Part shown: piece after piece, positions 57,267 through 64,000 of the stretch | Layout of the letters: every line of letters begins with the position of its first letter | Numbering within the stretch: the stretch's first letter is position 1 | Source of the DNA: Candidatus Omnitrophota bacterium | GTDB taxonomy: Bacteria > Omnitrophota > Gorgyraeia > Zapsychrales > Zapsychraceae | Assembly (NCBI GenBank): GCA_029261065.1 | Contig: JAJDCB010000023.1 | Span: forward strand, 39,682-103,681 | Reading direction: 5' to 3' | Length of the DNA stretch: 64,000 bases | The notes under the pieces: generated by a model | What the model was told of the DNA's origin: nothing | Database searches by the model: none | The model's input: only the letters and a program-made list of their open reading frames with translations | Made by a program: the position numbers and the translations under genes

Positions 57267-58751
57267 ATGAAGAAAATTTCTAACATCATTTTTTATGGGC
57301 TGATTGTTTTGTTTTTGTATGTTCAGCTAACAACTATCAAAGCAGGTCATAGTTGGGGAGGAGATTTTAGTCAGTATATTCAGCATGCGAAAAATCTGAT
57401 TGAATTAAAACCTTATCATCAAGGCATTATGCTTGATGAGTGGGTGAATAACCCTGTTGGTTTTCCTTTGATGTTAGCGCCTTGGATTAAGGTTTTTGGT
57501 GTTAATTTTAAAGTTTTAAAAATTATCAATGTGCTTAGCTGGTTGTTTTTTGTTCTGTTTTTAAGAGCCTTAGCCAAAAAACGTTTGGATGATCCTTTAG
57601 CGGATCTGTTAAGTATTTGTCTTTTAACCTCACCTTTTTTCTTCACATTTAAACAAAATATCATTAGTGATGTCCCTTTCTTAAGTTTGCTTACTTGTTC
57701 CCTTTTTTTATGTCATCATTTTTTTACCACAAAGAAACATTCCTTTGCATTTTTGTGTCTTCTAGCGATTAGTTTGAGTTTTACCTTACTTATTCGTTGG
57801 GCAGGACTAACGCTATTTGCTTCGGTCATTTTGTATTTGTTGATCAATGCCTATGACAAGAAATATGTCGTGGCAACGATGTTGATTCTAGGTTTAACAA
57901 TCTTTGTTCAATCTTTAGCCGGTATCAATTTGGGTCACCATCTTCAAGAGGGACCTCAGGGGTGGGTGGCTTGGAGTCATCAGTCTTACCAATTGATGTC
58001 TTATAATCTTAATAATTTTTTTATATTTTTTGTGCCTTCCTTTAAAGGGGTGGTTTTATCTCGCGGTGTCACGTTTTTGTTTACAGATATCGTGACTCCC
58101 ATCATATTTTTTGGTAGCATTCTATTTTTATTATTGAGAATGATGAAAAAGAAAGCGGATATTCTAGAATATTTTTTATTAGTTTATTTGTGCGCCTTGT
58201 TGATTTGGCCTCTGCAGGGAGGGGTAAGATATGTTTTACCGATTGTTGGTGTTTGTTTGATTTTGATGATCCAGGGCGTTGTCGTTGGTTTGCAAAAGCA
58301 AGATCCGAAAGCATGGGTTGTTAAGGGATTGTGTTTATTGTTAATCATGAGCAATGGTGTTCACATCTATAAAAATTATTCATTTAACGATGATGTGATT
58401 GCTCAACCCGATACACAAGAGTTGATTGCTTGGATCAAAGAGACAACACAGCCAGAGGATCATTTCATGTTTCAGCGACCGCGTACTCTTACTTTAATAA
58501 CAGATCGAAAATTTGCGCCATTTTTTATTTATAGTCAGGATGCGGCTAAGTGGTATCAACGTATTGAACGGTTTAACATCCGTTATCTTCTCGCCTTTAA
58601 TTCCTCCGTTCATAAAATGCTTTCAAGTTTTCCTCCGGATTATATACAATTGCGACAGGTGTGGCAGAATGAGAAGTATGTAGTTTTGGAAGTGGTTGAG
58701 ATAAAAGGTCGTGATGTCATTCCTGCGGAAGTGGGGAATTCAAAAAAGTAA
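57267..58751 (+). CDS. GT-C (ArnT/PMT-like) membrane glycosyltransferase
   Basis: WGGDFSQY, PVGFPLML, ISDVPF, IRWAG, RYVLP; about 11 TM helices. Confidence 0.72.
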   Translation: MKKISNIIFYGLIVLFLYVQLTTIKAGHSWGGDFSQYIQHAKNLIELKPYHQGIMLDEWVNNPVGFPLMLAPWIKVFGVNFKVLKIINVLSWLFFVLFLRALAKKRLDDPLADLLSICLLTSPFFFTFKQNIISDVPFLSLLTCSLFLCHHFFTTKKHSFAFLCLLAISLSFTLLIRWAGLTLFASVILYLLINAYDKKYVVATMLILGLTIFVQSLAGINLGHHLQEGPQGWVAWSHQSYQLMSYNLNNFFIFFVPSFKGVVLSRGVTFLFTDIVTPIIFFGSILFLLLRMMKKKADILEYFLLVYLCALLIWPLQGGVRYVLPIVGVCLILMIQGVVVGLQKQDPKAWVVKGLCLLLIMSNGVHIYKNYSFNDDVIAQPDTQELIAWIKETTQPEDHFMFQRPRTLTLITDRKFAPFFIYSQDAAKWYQRIERFNIRYLLAFNSSVHKMLSSFPPDYIQLRQVWQNEKYVVLEVVEIKGRDVIPAEVGNSKK

Positions 58752-58870
58752 ATAATGTTATCTTTGTGTAAGTTGGAAGCTCGAAAAATTAATCTCTGTC
58801 ATCCCCGCGAAAGCGGGGATCTCGAAGGTGTTATAATTATGAATAGTTCCCCGCTTTCGCGAGGATGACA
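58715..58870. repeat. REP copies: one degenerate copy in the CDS end plus an intergenic doublet
   Basis: TGTCATTCCTGCGGAAGTGGGGAATT (58715), TGTCATCCCCGCGAAAGCGGGGATCT (58797), TTCCCCGCTTTCGCGAGGATGACA (ends 58870). Confidence 0.8.
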
Positions 58871-58877
58871 CTATTGT

Positions 58878-59986
58878 TTAATGCGGCGCAAAGAGCTTAT
58901 GTTCAACGAGTAGCTCATAAAGCTTATCCGCTATCCGCTGATTAACCAAAACACTTGCATGCGAATCATTTTTATTAATCACACGTTTTAGAACGGGTAT
59001 ATCTTCAACCAAATTTGCAACATTGATTGTTGGGATTTGAAAGCGAAAGAAAAACTCTTCAACAAAGTTTGTGAATTCCAAACTTTCATGGGTGTTATGT
59101 AAAAATGGAATGACTACAACGTAGGTGGGAATTTTATTTTCTTGAGCGTATTTGACAAGATGAAGGAGGTCTCTTGTGTGTTCGTTAAGAATGAATTTGT
59201 TGTTGTAAGCCTTTTTTAAAAAGGCTAGATAATCTTCGGTGTCTTTGCGCGGAAATTGCCAGTAGATAAAGTTTATCAGATAAGAATTTTTAGTCATAAA
59301 TTGAAACACATAAGGAACATCAGAGTAGGCGGTAAAACCTTTAAAGGTGTGTCCATTAGCGGTTGCCGCCCCTTCAATATCATTGACAAAATATTGAAAG
59401 ATAAGAACGTTTGGTTTGATTGGAAATTTAATGAGTCGATAAAGTTCAGTTGCGGTATCGTTACCTAGTCGCCCAAGATTTAACACGTGATACTCATGCG
59501 ATAGTCTTTTTTTTAAGATGTTTGAGAACCTTTCATCCACATGCTTTAGGCCATGTCCGGCAACAAAAGAATCTCCGATGACAAATAATGTTTTTTTATC
59601 TTTAAAATCTTCTTTTTGAAGCTCCTCATCCCGATACCGTAATTTATTTACAGGTTTCCAGTAATAATCAAACCAACGGTTAGAAGCTAATGTGTAGCCA
59701 ACAGTGTGGCTTTGGGGGATGAACATGAAGAAGCCTTCAAGGAGAAAAAAAGGCTAAAGAGACCAAGAAAAATAAGTGCGATGTTTTTCATGGACTCGGA
59801 CGCTCTTTTATTTTTATAGATAAGTTGAAAAAATAGAAGACAACTTAGTATTAAACATGCGATGAGCAGAATTAAGCGGAGGGTGAGATAGATAAAGGTA
59901 GGAAATGGGGTGGAGTCGAGGTAGGTGATGAGGAAGGGGGTGGTGAGTGTTGTGAGGAAGAGGAGGATTGTGATTAGAGTTTTCAT
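58878..59986 (-). pseudogene. Membrane-anchored SGNH/GDSL hydrolase-like gene split by a 1-nt frameshift
   Basis: GDSF, LNLG, YFVND and DSH motifs in the 3' part; one extra T in the T7 run at 59745-59751 joins the 3-TM N-terminus to give …SLFFLLEGFFMFIPQSH. Confidence 0.75.
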
Positions 59987-60167
59987 TTTATTTTTTTGAG
60001 GTCCGGGGATCCAGTCACAGTAGTATAGTACAAACATTCCAACCCAAGTAAACGCTCTTCTCAAATTTTTATTTTCAAATTATTTAGATTCTATGTTACA
60101 ATCTCTCATTAAATTCAATTAAACCCCCAAGTTTTACACTTCCCCCTCTAATTGAGGAGATCATCAT

Positions 60168-61988
60168 ATGCGAGTTTTAACAAAATCACCCCAACACATT
60201 TTAAAATCCGTTTTTGGTTACGATGCCTTTCGGCCATTGCAAGATGAATGTATTCGTGATGTTTTAAAAAAGAAAGACAATTTGCTTGTCATGCCGACAG
60301 GTGGGGGCAAGTCGTTATGCTATCAAATCCCAGGTCTTATTTTTGATGGTCTGACTATTGTTGTTTCCCCTTTAATAGCCTTAATGCAAGATCAGGTGAG
60401 TCAACTTAAAGCGCTTGGTGTGGATGCTGTCATGTTAAACAGTTCTTTAACTTGGGATGAGTATGATCGAAATAAAGCTCTTGTTTTAAGCGGACAGACA
60501 AAATTGCTTTATTTGGCACCAGAAACTTTAGTCAAAGATGATATCCAACACATGTTATGCGAAATTTCCGTTGATTGTATTGCCATCGATGAAGCCCATT
60601 GCATTTCAGAGTGGGGCCATGATTTTCGTCCGGAATATAGACAACTTAAAAGTTTACGCAAAAATTTTCCAGATGCCGTTTATCTAGCAATGACAGCAAC
60701 AGCGACCCCGCGTGTGCGTCTGGATATTGTCAGCAATCTGGGATTACAAGTGAAGGAACCTTTGATTGCGAGTTTTAATCGTGAGAATCTTTATTATGAA
60801 GTGATCCCGAAATCTAGTCCTAGTCTGCAAACGTTGGATTTTTTAAAACGCTTTAAACATCAAAGCGGAATCATTTATTGTTTTTCTCGTAAACAGGTGG
60901 ATGCTTTGACCGCTGAACTTAATCAACATGGCTATAAAGCGTTGTCCTATCATGCCGGTCTTCCCGATGATGTGCGATCACGTAATCAAGAGATGTTTAT
61001 TCGGGATGATGTTCAGATTATGGTGGCAACAATTGCCTTTGGTATGGGGATCAATAAACCCAATGTTCGTTTTGTCATTCATTTTGACCTGCCTAAAAAC
61101 TTAGAATCCTATTATCAAGAAACAGGACGCGCTGGACGTGATAATTTGCCAGCCCATTGTTTGTTGTTGTTTGGTTATGGCGATATCAGAAAGATTCGTT
61201 ATTTTATTGATCAAAAAGAAAGTGATGATGAAAAGCGCGTTTCACAAACACAGTTAAATGCGATGATTCATTATGCTGAGGCAGAAGCGTGTCGGCGAAC
61301 ACCTTTAATGAATTATTTTGGAGAAACCTATACGCGTAAAACATGTGGTCAATGCGATAATTGTTTAAATCCTAAAGAAGTCAATTTTGATTTAACTGAA
61401 GCAGCCAAGAAGTTCCTTGAAACGGTTTTAAAAACAGGAGAACGTTTTGGAGCTTCTCATGTGATTGATGTCATAAGAGGGAGTCGATCACAAAAGGTAT
61501 TAAGTTATTTTCATGAACAATTAGATGTCCATGGCATTGGTCGTGAGTATAGTGCCAAGCAGTGGCAATTTTTGGTAAGACAGTTTATTCAAAGGCAGCT
61601 ACTTTATAAAGAGCCAGAATATGGGGTTCTTAAATTAAATGCAAACTCGAATAAAGTTTTAAAAAATGAATTAGAAGCGCAAGGGTACGCGCCACCAGCT
61701 GAAAAAGAAAAGGTTGTTTCAAGAGTTAAAAAAGAACTCGTGATTGAAGATTATGATGCCGTTTTGTTCGATATATTACGAAAGAAAAGAAAACAGCTAG
61801 CCGACAGTCAAGGAATCCCGCCCTATATTATATTTCCAGACAAATCTCTTATCGAGATGAGTGCTACTTTGCCACAGAATAAAGATAGTTTTTCCACTAT
61901 TTTTGGGGTAGGTCAAAAAAAGCTTGAAGATTATGGGGATGCTTTCCTTGGAATCATTCAGGCCTATTCTCAAGCTAGGCATAAGTAA
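60168..61988 (+). CDS. recQ: DNA helicase RecQ
   Basis: MPTGGGKSLCYQ, DEAHCISEWGHDFRPEY, QETGRAGRD, Zn-binding CRR…CGQCDNC, RQC and HRDC domains. Confidence 0.96.
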   Translation: MRVLTKSPQHILKSVFGYDAFRPLQDECIRDVLKKKDNLLVMPTGGGKSLCYQIPGLIFDGLTIVVSPLIALMQDQVSQLKALGVDAVMLNSSLTWDEYDRNKALVLSGQTKLLYLAPETLVKDDIQHMLCEISVDCIAIDEAHCISEWGHDFRPEYRQLKSLRKNFPDAVYLAMTATATPRVRLDIVSNLGLQVKEPLIASFNRENLYYEVIPKSSPSLQTLDFLKRFKHQSGIIYCFSRKQVDALTAELNQHGYKALSYHAGLPDDVRSRNQEMFIRDDVQIMVATIAFGMGINKPNVRFVIHFDLPKNLESYYQETGRAGRDNLPAHCLLLFGYGDIRKIRYFIDQKESDDEKRVSQTQLNAMIHYAEAEACRRTPLMNYFGETYTRKTCGQCDNCLNPKEVNFDLTEAAKKFLETVLKTGERFGASHVIDVIRGSRSQKVLSYFHEQLDVHGIGREYSAKQWQFLVRQFIQRQLLYKEPEYGVLKLNANSNKVLKNELEAQGYAPPAEKEKVVSRVKKELVIEDYDAVLFDILRKKRKQLADSQGIPPYIIFPDKSLIEMSATLPQNKDSFSTIFGVGQKKLEDYGDAFLGIIQAYSQARHK

Positions 61989-62109
61989 GTATTATTCTTT
62001 ATTCCCATAAGTAAGACTATAAAATGGAATTAGTTTTATAATGGTCACCTGTTTGCCAAGATGGTAAACTTTTAAAAATGCTTTTTTAAAGAAAGAGGAT
62101 TGTGTGTCA

Positions 62110-64000
62110 ATGTCGAATAAGTTTCCCGAAAATCAACGAAGAATAGTTGTTTGGTTTGTTATTGTCGTTGCTTGTATGCTGAGTTTTGTGGGGCTGGCAT
62201 CAAAAAAAGCAACTAAGATTTCGTTAAAATCATTGCGAGTGGCTGATTTAGATAAGCGTGGGCGCCTTTGGATTGTTCATCAAGATATGATTTATACCTT
62301 GGATCGAGAAGGGGGGATCATCGATGAATTTTCAAAAGATGAATTAAATATTGAGGGATCCATTGCCGATATAAAGATGCTTTCTGATACCAAAATAGCT
62401 ATAGGAAGCAACGAGACTAGGCAGATTCATATCTTTGATACAGATATCAAAGAAGAGCAAATCATTGATCCCTCCGATTCGGAATCAGGAAAAATTAAAG
62501 GTGCCTTTCATTTGCTTTATGATGACGTGCATAAAACACTTGTCGTCTCCGATACTAGTCATCACCGTATCCTTAGCTTTAATCTTAACGGTGAATTAAT
62601 TCATCAGGCAGGAAATTCTCAAAAGACACCAGGTATTGTTCATTTTCCTAATGGTCTTACCCTTGCCCATCAAGGGCAAATTTTTGTCGCAGATACTAAT
62701 CATCATGCTATTCAAAGATTAAATTCGGAATTAAAACTCATTCAAACATGGGATTTATTACCTGAAAGAAGTAATCGTTCCTTTAAGTGGCCTGTTCATG
62801 TTGAAACGGATTCAAAAGGGTTTGTTTATGTGCTTGTTGTTGATGGAGGTCTAGAACATGGAGAAGTTTTAAAACTGGATCATCAGGGAAAAAGGATAGC
62901 TACGTTTTCAATACCACAAAAGGCAATACCTACAGATATTATTGTCAGAGAGTACGATCTTCTGGTTCCTGATCGAATTGCGGCTCGTATTTACCGGTTT
63001 GACCTCCAAGGAAATAGGTTGGAGGATTTTGGATTAGAAAATTTTCAAGAGCTTTTGATTGAGGCGAGAGAGCAAGTTTCTTTTTATCAGCAATTGTCTA
63101 GAGTTCTACTGCTAATATTTATAGTGGGACTCATACCATTCTTATTTAATTATTTGAGAAAAAGAAGGCAGCAAGAAAAGGAGTCAAATGTAAGTATCGC
63201 AAAATATATTGATGAGGATGAGAAAGCATTACGAAAGCAGATGAACAAGAAGCTTGCCTATTTCTCTTTTTTAATATTTGCTCCTCTGATCTCACTTCTT
63301 TTTATTACAATGATTGCAATTGGTTTTGGGTTTGAAGCAAAGATAATATTGTTTGTGATTGTCGTTGTTGTTTTATTGACATCACTTCTTATGATTTTTT
63401 TAATGTTAAAGGAATTTACCAACCCGGATAAAAGTTATGTTTTTTTAAAGGTTGTTTCTAGAAGGCATTTAAAGCGATTTATACCATATTGCGACCGGTT
63501 ATTTTCAGAGGGAGAACGTATTCTTGTTTACACATTAATCATGTTTCCACTGAAGTCTATTTGGGGTTCAACGGCACAAAAAATGGGATTAATGATTTTA
63601 ACAACGGATAGGTTGTTTATTTTCTCATTTGATCATTTGGAAGGACAGTTGCAACGTATACAAGAAATTAGTTATGCGGCCATTAACGATGTTAAGTATA
63701 AGCCAATGTTTTTAAATAATTTGAATTTGAAAAAGTTTAATTTTCAATTTAATTTAAAAGGTTTAACGGAGCCTGTTCAATTGAGGATGCAGGATGGTTT
63801 GACTGCGAAACAAATATTAAATTTTTTGGAAGAAAATAAATTAAAGACATTATCTTCGGGTTTATATTTTCAAGATAGGTGTAAAACGTGTTTTAAAGGA
63901 TTTGAGCAAGGATCGAGCTGTTCGCAATGTAGGAATCAACAAACATTCTCTCCTTTAACGGCGGCTTTATTATCAGCCATTGTTCCAGGGACTGGACAAA
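62110..64000 (+). CDS. NHL-repeat membrane protein, truncated at the window end (not in the ORF track)
   Basis: Hand translation is open to the end: MSNKFPEN…VVSDTSHHRI…FVADTNHHAI…TM helices…LTTDRLFIF…CKTC…CSQC…AALLSAIVPGTGQ; GAGGA RBS. Confidence 0.82.
   Translation, partial: MSNKFPENQRRIVVWFVIVVACMLSFVGLASKKATKISLKSLRVADLDKRGRLWIVHQDMIYTLDREGGIIDEFSKDELNIEGSIADIKMLSDTKIAIGSNETRQIHIFDTDIKEEQIIDPSDSESGKIKGAFHLLYDDVHKTLVVSDTSHHRILSFNLNGELIHQAGNSQKTPGIVHFPNGLTLAHQGQIFVADTNHHAIQRLNSELKLIQTWDLLPERSNRSFKWPVHVETDSKGFVYVLVVDGGLEHGEVLKLDHQGKRIATFSIPQKAIPTDIIVREYDLLVPDRIAARIYRFDLQGNRLEDFGLENFQELLIEAREQVSFYQQLSRVLLLIFIVGLIPFLFNYLRKRRQQEKESNVSIAKYIDEDEKALRKQMNKKLAYFSFLIFAPLISLLFITMIAIGFGFEAKIILFVIVVVVLLTSLLMIFLMLKEFTNPDKSYVFLKVVSRRHLKRFIPYCDRLFSEGERILVYTLIMFPLKSIWGSTAQKMGLMILTTDRLFIFSFDHLEGQLQRIQEISYAAINDVKYKPMFLNNLNLKKFNFQFNLKGLTEPVQLRMQDGLTAKQILNFLEENKLKTLSSGLYFQDRCKTCFKGFEQGSSCSQCRNQQTFSPLTAALLSAIVPGTGQ

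Noticed and set aside
1-64000. tRNA, rRNA, prophage or autonomous transposase
   Set aside because: No cloverleaf or rRNA signature was noticed in intergenic regions and no ORF shows integrase, transposase or phage motifs; checked by eye only.

Overview
A 64-kb, AT-rich bacterial chromosomal segment with genes almost all on the + strand. The gene content (EI-Ntr PtsP, Gld-like ABC transporter, several GT-C/TPR membrane proteins, a type IV pilin, AddAB-like helicase/nuclease, RecQ, an Aas fusion) would fit a PVC-group organism such as Omnitrophota; this is inference only. I saw no rRNA, tRNA, CRISPR array or transposase. The standout locus is 38.5-48.2 kb. There, a sigma70 promoter drives a ~400-nt leader holding a c-di-GMP-I (GEMM-I) riboswitch whose conserved core is split by two clear, and possibly three, hairpin insertions, followed by two intrinsic terminators. 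Downstream lie a secreted NHL beta-propeller protein and a 2252-aa lipoprotein built from 48 six-cysteine repeats of 44 aa with a 6-unit super-repeat and no CxxCH heme motifs. One riboswitch insertion belongs to a tiny double-hairpin element family. Its second copy (8505-8538) also sits immediately 3' of TTTTG with no target duplication, which suggests HUH/IS200-IS605-like mobilisation. Other notable items: REP elements translated into protein termini, a ~270-bp hairpin with reciprocal loop-loop complementarity, a twice-occurring ECF promoter motif, a homopolymer-frameshifted SGNH gene, and unannotated small ORFs.
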